64,000 nucleotides of DNA from Phallusia mammillata (Eukaryota): assembly GCA_965637545.1 (NCBI GenBank), contig OZ281494.1:12834001-12898000 (forward strand), read 5' to 3'. Position numbers and translations under genes: made by a program. The notes beneath the pieces were generated by a model. The model was not told the DNA's origin and ran no database searches. It was given only the letters and a program-made list of their open reading frames with translations. Positions 1 through 13,260 of this stretch are shown in pieces. Position 1 is the first letter of the stretch, and the number at the start of each line of letters is the position of its first letter.

Positions 1-999
1 CACTATGGTTTTCAAACCGCAGGTTCAGTATAGTTCCGTTGAGAATGACGTCACGTTGTGTTATGGTCGCTTGTGTGTTTAGTGCAACGCTTGATTTGAC
101 TTTTAAACATTGCTTTAAACTGAAGATATTGAGCCACATCCCCCGCCCACCTTCATAATTTTTTTTTAAAATGAAAAGGAATATTTGTATACGAACGTAA
201 TCTGTTATTAGTACTTCCCACCACCCACGTTTTTTCATTACGCTAATGGAGGGTGTAGCGCCCAGGATGTGCATGAAGTCATGTTTTAAAATCGTTTAGA
301 AATGTTGCAATCCGACGAATTTGATACGCTTTTCAAAGCGAATATGGTACTGTCTTCAATTTTCAGAGAGGCCTGCAAAAAAAGTACTATGGATTGGCTT
401 TGGGATATGTTTTCAAGAGATTCTATCCATTCATCTTTAAACTTTCGTCATAAACCTTATTACAAAAAGCATACCTGGTTCAAACAACTTTTACACACAC
501 AAGCAAACACCAGTAACCCGTTTTGCTAATATTTGCACTTCCCGGCCAATTAGTGTCTGCCATAAAATTTTGTTTATCACTTTTTGATGTAAAGTTTTTT
601 AAACGCCAACTGATTGAAATTGTTATTTGTGGCAAAACGAATCGTGTCATGGTCGCTTGTGTGTGTTCGTCAATTGATATGTTTACGCACGAAACCCAAC
701 TAATCGTGCAATTTTGTAATGTTTTTTCACGGATGCCTTGTCGAAGTATGGTGGTCAGAGTTATAAGCCGAGTAGGCTTAGGTTCGGGCTTAAATTTAAA
801 TAGAACTGGCTTGATCCGGGCCTGGTATAGAACTTGGCCACATTTATGTCTAAATTTCGCAAGGTTTAAGCCTAAAACGAGGTTCAAGGGGACACTTTCT
901 GATTTTACATAATGTTGTTGTTTTTTCTCGTTGTTTTTTTCTTCCCTGAAGTTTGTTTACCCCCTTTTGCCATGAAATGTTTAATAAGCTTAGACTTGG

Positions 1000-1252
1000 A
1001 TGAAATTTTCACAGATGGTAGTCATGTAGATGTCATTTGTTTCGTTTGACTTGTCCCCACATTGACCCTACTAGCCCCCTAAAATAGATGAATTTTTAAA
1101 CAATGTCCCAGTTGAATGAAATTTGGACAGTTTTATAGAATATGCTATTATTATTCGTCAATTGTTACGTTTAACCCTGTAGCCCCAACATTTACCCCAC
1201 TGGCCCTTTAAATAGGTAAATTATTTTAGCCATGTCGAATGAAATTTGACAG
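1000..1252. repeat. Degenerate tandem repeat, ~120 bp period, ~2.5 copies
   Basis: Motif ATGAAATTT(T/G)(C/G)ACAG recurs at 1000, 1116 and 1239. The blocks CCCCACATTGACCCTACTAGCCCCCTAAAATAG and CCCCAACATTTACCCCACTGGCCCTTTAAATAG precede the 2nd and 3rd copies. Probably a transposon relic. Confidence 0.5.
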
Positions 1253-4200
1253 CTTGTAGAATTTGTCATTTATAAGTGTTAAGTGTTGTGTTTTACACTT
1301 AAAATAGAACAAATATCAAACACTGTCTGAATTTAATAAGACTTGGTTAGATTGTACTTTACATAGCATGATTATTTAAGCCCAGTACCGATGTTTGATG
1401 TTTGCCCTAACAACACCAAACTTTCTCATGGCTATCTCTTGAAATGCATTATTTTCAACTTTGCATGTGTGATCCATGAGTTTCTGCCCTCAGAAGTAAA
1501 ATAAGGTTATAAAAAAACAGTGACCCATATGGACTTAGTATGAAAGAAGTGGAGGAAAATATTACGTTTCAAAAAATATCATAGTGTATGTGCAATGACA
1601 ATAAGTCCTAAGCCACCATGTTAGTTTAAATAGTTTCGGGACGACTTTTAGGCATATTTTCTTGGCAAGGGTTTGGACCCCAATTGTTGCCTTTGTAATA
1701 TGTTCCTACAAAACTTCGGCGGAACGCAAAAATGTGATTATTGGTGCAAAGATCGCCAACCTTAGAGCGTAGTTTATGTAGGCACGATTTGCGGTAAATT
1801 ATCAAAATAGAACATTAATTTGACCAAAGCGAAGAAAGCCTATGAATATATTTAAAGCTGAAAGAATGTTATGTATATTGAACAATGGTTGTTTTTTACC
1901 TAAGCGATATAAAAAGCCCGGAAACCTATACGTATAGGATTTTATTTTTACTTCCTGGAATATTAGAAATATCTTCTCAAAAGCTTTAAAAAAATATCTT
2001 TGGGCTAAATAAAGAACACCACACTCTAAAATAGCAATCGGCGGTGCTAATTCTGTCGAAGGTTTTTTGTCAAAATCCGCCTGTCTGCGCCAGTAAAGCG
2101 TATCAACGTAACTTGTGTCGTCACATAGGTATATTGGTTGCCTATGTAAATTAGGGGAAACTCAAAACCCCTTTGCAGATCAAACTGCCAACGAAAAAAC
2201 ATTTTCTGCAAGTCTATCGGATTTTCGGCTTATTCATTGTAATCCAAGTTTAGTATTTGTGGATCCAAATTCCAAACAGAATGTTAAATAATGGCAACAC
2301 TAAAAGTCGTTTATTGTAGTACACTATACACAAATCTGTTAGGTTTAATGACGGATGTAGCGGCCTAAATAAAAGCGACATGTTTTGTAGATATTACTGA
2401 TGATGACATGAGCATTTGCCGAAACGTTCAAATATTATAGTATTTTGGTTTTTATCTATTTGGGTCGTTATATTCGTCATTAAACATACTGGTCTCCTGT
2501 TTTTTTGTTATTTTGTGTTTGCAAGGACTTCGCAGGACTTAATCCATGTTTACTATGTTAACAAGGTCTCATGCTTTTTGAACCAGTCGGTGTGCGTGTG
2601 AATAAATCTAATCTAAAACTAAAAAAAAACGTGTGCGTTGTAAATTAATTCCTATGTCAACTGAAATTATCCTTTATTACTAAATGCATAAACTTACTGA
2701 AAAGGTATGGTTCAAAGGGGTTACTGCATTTTTCATTATTGACGTTTTAAGAGTTTGTTTTTTGAGCCTCTGCTTTACTTGGCTTCAAGGTATATACAGC
2801 AGTTAAGGTTTAAAATCCTGTATTACAGTCCATTTATTGGCAATAATCTCGTATTATGTGATTGACATGCGTTAATCAGGTGGCACAGTTGGAAGAATTA
2901 CCTTCAAAATTTCCGCCCTGTCAAAGTTCCGCAATTGCGTTCCCGGTAAACTTCCATCATTCCCAAGCGCGTGCCACTGTTTACCCGAATTTAAGTTACT
3001 TGTTGTTCCTTTCTTCAGTACTTGTAATACCTGGGGTGGTTTTGTTGTTGGAATTTCACAACCCCGTGTGTCACAGACAAACAGTTTGAAAGGAAATTTC
3101 CTCGGTCGGCCGGTAGTATTAGGTTTCAAAACACAATGGATAAACACAATGGGTTATTGATTGGTAATCAAGTGTTAACAGTTGACACCAAAGTTTTTTT
3201 TTGCCTTTTTCCTGAACAGTTTATTCTTCAGCGAGTTGTGTGGTGTAAAAATCGCCTTCAGAAGTTAATGTGTATAACCATGACTCTAAAAATTCAAAGC
3301 TTATATCAAAACATCTTGCAACGCCCCTTTCCGAAACTTCCACAAACTTCCACAGAGCACTGTTGTGTTTCACAATTTACAGAAATGGCAATGTAAAGCT
3401 TGTGACATCACTATATTTTTTCATGGGACTACTTTAAATTCCTGCAATTAACAATTACAATTAAGAAGATCCCTATAAGATTGATATTGTGTCTGGCAGA
3501 AACAGTTTATATATTTGTGCAATTGGTCCATATTTTTGGTAAAGCTTTAAGTTCAAAATAACTAATCTAACAATGTTGCTTGTTTTACAGGCGAGAGGTA
3601 TGCGAGTGCCCCCAAGAAAGCATCAAATAAATACAATAACTTCACAGAGGAAACGATAATAAAAAACGAGAGTTTTGGACCGAGCATAACTCCCAAAGGC
3701 AAATTTTTCCGATTTTTGTTGTTGCAAGTTGTTTGACGGGTTGTTTATGATTTTGTACTTTGTGTTGTATATTTATTGTTTGTTTTAAATTTAATTTTGA
3801 AACTATTTTGTGCGTAGTACTTTAATAAATTGAATTTCCTACAAAGTGGTGTTGATCACATGCATAAAGGCACTGCCCAAACTTTTAAACCTTCCTTCTA
3901 TTATGTATTGTATAGTTCAGAAGCAGTATTACAAATCCGAAATGTTTTGTCAGAAAGTAACTCAAAATTTGTTTTTTCATTTGTTTATTTCAACAAAATA
4001 AATAATCAGTTTTGTAGCAAAAAAACACACAGTAAATACACGACAATAACATGAAACTTAAATAAAAGTGCCCAACATCATTTTTTCAAATCAGTGGAAT
4101 ATTTTTCAAACACGCTCAGCGTTTAACAATGGATGGGAAGAATTTTTGAAAGTTACTTGGTCGCTGAACAAAGCAAGTGTAACATTATCTGGCAGCGTCA

Positions 4201-4835
4201 AACGCCTTGACAAATGTATATAAGCCTGGATTGAACACCATTTTTTGGCTGTTTACATTGAAGTAGAAGTAATAATTAGGCAAGAAGAACGATGATTTGA
4301 AGATTTGGCAATTGATGGTCTGCATTTCTAAAGCTGGTATCGGGAGGTATTTATGTTATGCTTCTGTAAATTTATTTTTGGTAAAAGTTTGAAAATGCAA
4401 ACAAGAAAAATGGATAGAAAAATATAAGGTACATGAACTTTCACAATAAGACGCAAAACGTCATTTACTATTAGGAATACAGATAAAAAATGACCTACAC
4501 CTTTGCATCGCAAACCGTTGGCGCACACACAAAAATCTGGCGATTTTATAGTTTGAAGATTATCTCGGTTTTAACTTCAAATCACCATGTGTCCGATGCA
4601 ATCATTTCGTTAAAGTCAAGCATCAAGGTAATAGGATTAAGTTTATTTTGAGTTTTTTTCCAACGGTGAAAATTTGCACCTTTCCCAAACCGGGGGTGTC
4701 ATGCCTCCTCAGGGCCCAAACCTTAACTTTCAATCCCGCTTATAAGTTAAAGATGTCATGTTTCCAAAATATCGTGCAAACAGTACGCAAGACATAAATA
4801 TAAAAATAAAATCACTGAAAATTCCTTTAACTATT

Positions 4836-7723
4836 TTATACGTTCTTTATGAGTTGTGCAAGTCTTTTCTTTTCCTTTTTCTCGCGTTTTTGTTGTCTTA
4901 AATATTTTTTATGACTTTTTTGCATGCTGTCCGGTATTCTCTCGTGGCTAAACCAGTCAATCTCGCCGCGAAGCTTGAGATTTCTTTCCATCGGCTTGTC
5001 AGTGCCAATTAAATACCATCCAGTTTCTAACGCTGTTGCATTGTTGTTAATCCAAGTAACTTTGACTTTGTTGTAAAGAAGAGTCGGTATTTGGGAGCCG
5101 AATTTGCTTTTCTCTGCAGGGTTCATTACAGAGCCTTTGTAAGCACATTGCCTGCTGCCCATTCTTAATTCACACCTTGACCGCTTTACAAAAAAGATGT
5201 AAGCGTATACTTGTTTGAAATCCTTTTCGTCCTCTGTAAACAAAGTTAGATTTAAAAAAGTGCAACGTTGACAAATACAAGTGTAAATGTTTCAAGATAG
5301 ACAAAAACTAAACGGTTAAAACCACATTTTAAGCAGGTTTGTACTGAGTTTCCTATTTAAAGTCGAGTTCTATTCAAAGCTAGCAGCAAAGTTTTACTGT
5401 GTTTCACCAACTTACTGCATTTGTATTCGTTCCAATTTTTCGGGTGCAGGCCATCATCACAGCATTTTAAGACGCTTGGGTTGTACTGCTGGTTGCCGCA
5501 ACACTTTATTCCATCTATTTTACCATTAGGAACGTAGTGACCATCGCAGCACTGGTCACGTTCGGGGTTAGAGATGTGTTGTCCGCACGACTTTTGCCCA
5601 TTGGGAATGTTGATTACTATGTTGGCCGGGCCACATTTCTGAAAAAAACAATAATGTTCTTAATGTGGACGTTATTGAAGTAAGAAAAATGATTAGCCTG
5701 CGTTATACTCAAACAATGTTTGGGCAAAATTAAATGACGAAATTAGGGACGTATAGCAGGGCTTTAAAACCCATAATTTGTCATTTTGTCTTCGAATATT
5801 TGCGTTTCTAGATATCTGAAGCACCTAACTAGTTTCTCACGAAATCTTATAACAAAAACAACCTACCTGATTTTTGCTGTTGTAAGTCGTTCCTCCGCAG
5901 ATTTCATCATCTTCAGGGCTTTGTTTTGCTACAGACCACCCATCATGTATATTACATAGATAACCCTTGGGCGGCGGCTCGCCACCACTGCATGAAAATC
6001 TGCCTAGTTCAATTTGTGTCACTTCATGTTGTGGACTTTCAACCGAATCGTGTAGGACCGGTTCAGGAAACGCTGTGAACAAAAACAGTTGTCAAATTAA
6101 AATTAATGCCAAACTTGTCTACGACAGACGAAATTCTGTGTTTTGTTCAGGTTTAGTATCTAAACAACTGAGTTTGAAAATATTTTACGAAATAACCGAC
6201 TTCTTAAATGCAAGAAACTTACCAGGCTCGGGTTTATCTCGAATGTAAAAGTTTCTTCCTTCGCTTATACAAACTTGGCTCAGCGATCTGTAGACCTTGT
6301 TGGGACCGCATTGTTGTAGGTCTCCAGTTATGGGAACGACAGTTGCGCCATCGCACAACTCTGTTATTTTGTCGTACACTGGCTTTGGCGCATCTGTAAA
6401 ACAAAACAAGTTGTAATTACCGTAGAGCACATTAACCTGTACCATTTAGCATTTGGTCCGATTAACGATTTTGTTTTATTATTTTTGCTTAGCTTCAGCA
6501 TGGAATATTTGTAACTTACCGAAACAACATTTTTGTCTTGACTTTCTATCTGCAGAAATCATAATATTCCCATTCGGTCCCTCACAACAATCCATCTGTA
6601 CTTCAGCACAGAAGTGTTGTATTCCATTGACAGTGCATATTCTTTTTCCGCATCTGTCGTTTGGCCTTGCGGCAACTATAACAAACAATAGCCCGTGTTT
6701 ACTTCGTTTGTAGGTTTATGATTGGCATAAATGTCTACGAACCGGTATTTAATTTCATTGAGCGGTAAGCACCACGCAGAGTGCGAAATGAGAAGGTGTG
6801 GCGCAAGACCTAATCGACAACTTCCGTAAAGTTTCGTAAAGACGCAGATCGAAAATCAACCCCGCTATAGTAACCAACATAGCAAACGTTGGAAAAGCTC
6901 TTTAACAGATGATATGATAAGTCCCGGCAATACATAAAAAGGCGTACAAGTCTTGCAATGTGTTTGTTTTCTACTTTCGAACCCTGCTTTCAGCTCGCGT
7001 GTTGTAGAGAAAGACTCAAACCATAATGTTCGTTCACTGTTGAAAGCAGGCAGGGCATCAGTATGTCAGGACAAAGTGCAAAAACTCAGTTTTAATTGTT
7101 TTATACGTTTAAGGTTATGGGTTTTATGATAATGCCGACCACTACAATACTTTGCATTGTAGTCAGGTTCGTCTAGTTATTTATTTGCGCTTAATGATAG
7201 GCTAATCAGCAGACATATGCAGCTGCTGGATGTAATTGGCGTGCTTACAAATACTAAGGGGATAATTTCTACAGATTTCAGTGATAAGCCAGAATCTCAT
7301 AAAATTCTCATTGGATTTCGTAAAGCTTTTGTCATTGAATCACGGCGCTCCTAAACCAAACTATACATTAGATTCAAGCGTTGCATTAGATGTGTTAAGG
7401 GTTTGAACTGGTTCATGTTTCTTGCAGTGTCTAGAGCACTATGTAATATTCCAAGCGCTGAAAACGCGTGTAAAACCAATCAAGACCCGCCAATTCAAGC
7501 GCGCCTACAGTCATGCTTCAGTGAACAAAATCGCAAAGCCGACAACGAGCTAGAGTGCATGATTCACTATCATAGCACAAGGCTTGAAGGCTTGGATAAT
7601 ACACAAACTTCAATAGAGTAAATTTGCTTGACACTTCTCAATACCTTCAGCGCTTCCAAAGACGGCCAAAGCAATGCAAATCTTCACAAGACAGCGCATT
7701 AGTGTTGCTTGCATGATATCCAT
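4836..7723 (-). CDS. Secreted cysteine-rich galaxin-like protein A (~410 aa, 6 exons)
   Basis: Exons 7645-7723 (MDIMQATLMRCLVKICIALAVFGSAE, signal-peptide-like), 6520-6675, 6223-6393, 5867-6072, 5416-5638 and 4836-5233. All introns are GT-AG with compatible phases; total 1233 nt, open. Repeated CC/CCG motifs (DQCCDGHY, IKCCGNQQYNPSVLKCCDDG) resemble galaxin/usherin-type repeats. C-terminus is very basic (KKYLRQQKREKKEKKR). The family label is by motif resemblance only. Confidence 0.8.
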
Positions 7724-7873
7724 ACGGTAGGCGGTCAAATGCTTATAAAATCTGTATTGATGTTCCTCTACCCGTTTGTCACGTTGACTGCTTATATATT
7801 TTGTAAGTGTAGTCGTTTTACTTCGCCAGTCCGTTATAAAGGCCCGCCGTTTTTTTCAGCGATGATGCCACCG

Positions 7874-7883
7874 GGGGAATTCC
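7874..7883 (+). promoter_or_regulatory. Consensus NF-kB (kB) site ~150 bp upstream of gene A ATG
   Basis: GGGGAATTCC matches GGGRNNYYCC. A second site, GGGAAATTCC on the minus strand, lies at 9493-9502. Motif match only. Confidence 0.35.
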
Positions 7884-8662
7884 AGATTGTATGCGGAACA
7901 TAATAGCGGAAACTCCGGCCGGCCTTTTTCCCCGAATATTGGTCTTGAATTTTGTTTAACAGATCCTTTTTTCCAATTTTGTTTGCTTGATTTATTTTAG
8001 GATTTGACCACACGGTTTAATTTTGTTTTGTTTTTTGCAAATATTGTTTACGACTTGTAATCGAACTCTGGGTAATTAAGAATTGATTGATCGTACTATA
8101 TAGTGTAAGGTACCAAACGTTTGTTACATACATTTTTTTGCAGCACTTTAACTTCTTACGGCACCACTAATTTCTTGTTAGTAATCCAGTATCTTACGCA
8201 ATTGTTAACAAAAGGGTGTGCTAGCCGTAAGTTAGTGATTCCGAGATTTAGTTACAAACTGGGCGAGAAACGATGACCCGTGGTTAAAGCACGCAAAGTG
8301 GATTTACTTTTGTGGTGTAGTCAATAATAGCTGTAAGTTTACGTCATACGTGTGTATTTTTGCAAAACACACCACATTGACAGCTTTCCAACATTAAATA
8401 TGCGTTTGGGAATATTTTGCACTGTGAAAAAATCTTTTTTCGCAAAATTGGAACGGCTACATATGTTAACATGTTTCATTTGTGGCCTCATTAAGCACAC
8501 GCTGTACACATACTGTGACTGTTATTTCGTTTTGAGTGCAACACAAGCGTTTGAAGAGCCATCGGATTACGTTTATGCGTGATTTCGTTTGCTTGTTTGG
8601 CACTCAATGACTTTGTTACGAAAGGTTTGTTGACGTAGCTGTATAGGAGCGTAAGCCTTTGT

Positions 8663-8875
8663 GTTTCACGTTTTTTATGCCTGACGTTCCCTATTCGGAC
8701 AACACCTTGGGCTACTTGAACACACGCGGCCTAAAAACTCGTTTGAAGTGATAAAGTCCCTCGAAAATTTTGCTTGCGGGACGAGCGTCAACCTTTGTCC
8801 TCGACGTTTCACGTTTTTTTTACTAGCGACGTTCCTCATTACGTCAACACCTTGCGCCACTTAAACACGTGACCC
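8663..8875. repeat. Degenerate direct repeat, two ~70 bp units 143 bp apart
   Basis: GTTTCACGTTTTTT...GACGTTCC..ATT....CAACACCTTG.GC.ACTT.AACAC occurs at 8663 and again at 8806, roughly 70-75% identical by eye. Confidence 0.6.
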
Positions 8876-11800
8876 CGAGGAACTTATTGGCGTAATATCG
8901 ACGTGATTAAACAGGAACCGGAATTTTTCGAAACGTTTTCCAACAATTTGTTTTTCTACATCTATACGTACTTTAAATAACTTGAAAAGTTTGTGGATAT
9001 GTGCAACATTTTTCTGTGCCATTCCTCTTGTTACGTTCTTTCAGTTCGAGAACCCTTGTTGCACAATTACTTGCTCGTTCATGTTGTTTTACCGTCCGGG
9101 CAAACACTGGGGGTTTCCCCATGCTGATGCGTAATAAACGATTTCCTTTCTTAAAGGCTATTGTTATTTTTGGGTTAGTGGTGCAATTAACACTGATAAA
9201 TCCAAATTCAACCCTGCTTCGAGTACACCTAAGCGTTCCAAATAGCTTGGTTCATCAGTAAACAAGTTGATGGCGCATAACATGGATCGTCATTTACGCC
9301 CACTGCGCACATTCGTCCGGTTTTGGGTTTTAATTCGATTCTTACCACAGGGGGTGGTTACGGGGGATTTACCCATAATTTTACTGTAAGAAAATTTCGC
9401 AATCATAATAGGGGATGTGTCGTAGAAAGAGATCAGCACTCAAAATGTTAGGAGAAAGTTACTATAGTACCTGTATACTGGTCCGTTTTTCAGGAATTTC
9501 CCTGGGCAAACCCCGCGGGTGCCGGCCGGACGACAGTGACCAGTCAAAATGAAGCAAGGGTTAAGTTCGAAAAGATCTATCTCTCATAAAAATGAAAGAA
9601 ATGAATATGACACCGTCTATAGTAACTTTATGCGTTTATTCACACAAAACAAAAACAGAAAAAAAAAGAATAACGAAGCAGTTATAAAAACAAGTTTTTT
9701 TTACCCAAATCACTGTTAAACAATAACGCCTAATAGATTTAATGCAAATTTGACTGTTTATTCCAATTAATGTAACGTGGCAGCACAAACATTTTAAAAG
9801 ATTCCTAAAGTGTGATAAATCTTGCTTGTTAGCGACGTTTAGTGTTGGAACTTTTGTGTTTGTGCTATTCGCTTGGTGAAGCATTGAGCAGCTTGCACTA
9901 GGTCTCGGTACTTTTACTATCTAACACAGCCTGACAGAGCCAATGCTTCTTTGAACTGCTTTTGCTTAGGTTGTGTTCATTTGAAAAACTTTAGTCTCAA
10001 ACTGACAGAAAGGTGAACAAGAAAACAACCAACCGTTTCCATTTTTCTGTTTTTTTGTGTTTTACTTAAAACCAAAGTTTCGGGACCAGACATTATATCG
10101 CTACTTATTGTGAAACTTATATGAATCATGCTCAATGTGATATGTTTTATTATCATAAGGAATAGGTACATTCTGTAAATCATTCCTAATAATACGATGG
10201 TACAAAAATAACCTAATTTTCAACAAAATTCTGCGACGTATTTAATCACGTATACGTCAGAATGTTGTGCGATTTTGAACCTAACAATTTATAAGCAACT
10301 ATCTCCATCAAAATCTGTTCATAGACCATAAAACCAAACATCCAACTTTCATTGCGCTAAGTAAACCATGTTGAGCATAGATTTTTACATTTTACTCATC
10401 GGTCAAAATAGTTTCAAAACAAATTTATTTAAAGCGAAATTCCGACGTCAGGAAAACGTTCATTATGTAGTAACCAAGCCGCCCAAAACGTCATTGGTTT
10501 CGTTTACTTTTGCCTGCGTCGGTTTTAAATACGTCCTTCTTCGATTTTTGTGTCTATAAATATCCAAATCTAGTCTAAAACAGTATTAGCTGCGAAACGG
10601 AATAGCTTTGTTGACATTAGAAAAAAAAACACGGCCTGAGCTTTTAATTCGATACCAAGGAATTTTTCTGCGTTCCGCCGGTCACCGTTGCACTTGGTTA
10701 GTTTTGCCGGTCTTGTGTAACGCACACTTGACATCTGTAGTATAAAAAAGGAAGTTATTTCAAATGAAAATTAATTCAAGCATAACTATTTTTACAAAGG
10801 GGTTGATATGCTAAAATAAGTGCTAACGCTAGTTTTTAGAATGTGTGGACAATTTATAGTTTTGCGGGGTAGTGAACGGTGTTTTAAATAAGATGTTTTA
10901 AAAAGCACCTATCTAAAAACATTGGTGTTTATGAAGTGAATCGATATAGGTTTGACAGCAGCTTTGTGGCATAATAAGTTGTTCCGTAAAGCATGTCCAG
11001 ACGGTAAAAACGTTTGATAAAAACTCTTAGTCCCGGGATTTCAACCCAATGCAAGATGCAAATTCGGGGTTGGCGCTCCGCCAACGGAATTGCGTAGACT
11101 CAGCGATCCCGTTAAAATTCGAATCACATGCACTGCTGGGTATACTGTACAATCAGTAGATGCAAGTTCGACCACAGTGAACGACTGTAAAAGCCTGGTG
11201 CGTCCATGCACACCACAACGATAACGACAAAACTTTGCATAAAATTACAGCAAATCATGCTTGCAAGAAGTGTCTCAACGTATATTTATACTTCCATGCA
11301 CACTAAGCTCAACACTTCAGTGCATACTTGAAAAAAGGCCACCAATCGCATACCTTTGTATTTGTTTTTGTTTTTTACAAAAGTAGCAGTCTGTGTAAAG
11401 GAAAAAGTTCAGTTATCATGTTTCGAATGGTTTTGTCTGCTTGCAAAACGACCTAAAAATGTACACAGGTAATTAGGGAGTTGTTAGTTTGTAAATATTT
11501 AATTCGCTTAACGCCCTTTCTCTCTTTTCTCTCGAACTGAACCTAAACTATTTGCTAAACACGCTACTATTTCGGGAGTAGATGTGTTTGCCGATTTGGG
11601 ACTGACTGGTGGGGGCGAGTGGGGTTATTTTGGGATGATCTCAAATATACTTGACTCCCCTGAGAGTGTATTTTTGTCCACAAACTTTCCGTTCGTTGGT
11701 CTTTCTTATCTTATTCTGTGTTTAAAACCCTGAATTTTTCGTTTGCTGATTTTTCTTCGACCTGACCTATGCTGGGTTACAACCCCCACCTCACGGGGAG

Positions 11801-12569
11801 ATTTGTGGGGTAACTATATCGTGCTCTGTCTAAAACTTGGAAAGTTAATCGTGTTTGACATCCAGACATAAATAACTTCGAATTCTTAAAAGTTGATTTC
11901 GGCAGAACCGTTCAAAAACTTAAAATCTCAAATGCCATTGGTGTATGGTATAACGACCACAAGAACCCGTTGTGTTTGCACAAACAAAACAACAAAGCAT
12001 CGATATTTTATTGATGGCATTAAACCGCACCTAAATCAGCATGGGCTAAAAATTGATTCAAGCAACAATCCCATGATTTCTCCGACCATGTTTAAACACT
12101 TGCTGCGAACCCAGCCTGCGAACACAGCTGGCAGCACGTTTGACGTCATACTTTAGGTCGTTACGGTCCACTGAACTTGCATTTTATCATGTAAACTTTT
12201 GGAGTTTTTTTGCAGAATTTCCGAAACACTTTGTAAAGGTTGGAAAGTCCACGGATTTGGCTACAGCAAGTTGACATTTCGAAGCCAACAAAAGTCCGAA
12301 CGTTTTGGTTATTTGCAGAGACATTTTTAAGCCTAGCAAATTAAACAAAAAGATGGTGTGTGATGGTGTTTTCTGACTGGACTGGAAATTTTCATGCTAG
12401 CGTTTTTGTTCTTCTTTCGAGAGATATCATTGCTCTGCACTCAGGTCATGTGTGTTTGTTCAAAAGCTGCTAACTGTTCCGTGTAATGTAAACACATTCC
12501 GGTTAGAAATGTGTACCTTATCGATTGCAATTATATTTTTTCATTAGTTCTTTGCTCTTTATTGATGAC

Positions 12570-13260
12570 TAAGGCGATTATTTTTTGACTTGTCAAAATT
12601 GTGTCAAAATTTATAGAATAGGTCAAAAATTGTCAAAATTTTTTACAAGTCAAATTTTTTTACAAAGTTAAAATTGTTTACAAACTGTATTGTTATGGTG
12701 TTGTAGAGTTTGCACTGTCAGTGAACTGTTCATTTTACACCTTGTAGCCTACTTTATACTATTGTAATTGGCCCATTGCCTACTTATTGTATATCATAAA
12801 CCATCAAGTGAGTGAAATAATTAAGTTGATATGGCGCGATGCTCAACACACCTCAAAACGTGCAAAATTTTGGTGAGTCCCAAGTCATTTTACGGCAGCT
12901 GCAGGTTAGGTGCAGCTCTTGCTTCGGTTTTGCTTTAGATACTTCATGTATCTTTCGTTTAGACAAATGTATTGAATAATTTTCGTTGTGTCTTAGCTGC
13001 AGTTTTTTGGCAGTGATTTTTAATTAGCTCATTTCCCTTTTCAGAATAGGTTTGTGTTCGGATTTTTGCCCTTCTGTTACTTTTGCACATTCTTTCGCTC
13101 TAGTTAGATTAGCCTACAGCCATATTTTAACTTTTTGTACAATAATGCGTAATTTAGCTACTTGAATTCTTCATAGGTCAAAATTTTGTCAAAATTTGTC
13201 AAAATTTTCAATTTTTAGGTCAAAATTTTTCATTTTTTAGGTCAAAAAATAATCGCCCTA
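12570..13260. mobile_element. Non-autonomous hAT element (Ac-type), 691 bp
   Basis: 20-bp TIRs TAAGGCGATTATTTTTTGAC / GTCAAAAAATAATCGCCCTA (19/20). Perfect 8-bp TSD TTGATGAC at 12562-12569 and 13261-13268. Many subterminal GTCAAAATT repeats at both ends. No transposase ORF. Confidence 0.9.

Noticed and set aside
302-912. Overlapping ORFs of 75-135 aa on both strands
   Set aside because: No recognisable motif, no linked splice structure, and low-complexity composition typical of AT-rich non-coding DNA.
2862-3147. ORF 2872-3147 (minus) as an extra or alternative last exon of gene A
   Set aside because: No phase-1 acceptor with a pyrimidine tract, and no similarity to genes A or B. The opposite strand is also open, so it cannot be assigned.
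3591-3736. Plus-strand acceptor TTGTTTTACAG followed by a ~48-codon frame
   Set aside because: No partner exons or recognisable product; insufficient support.
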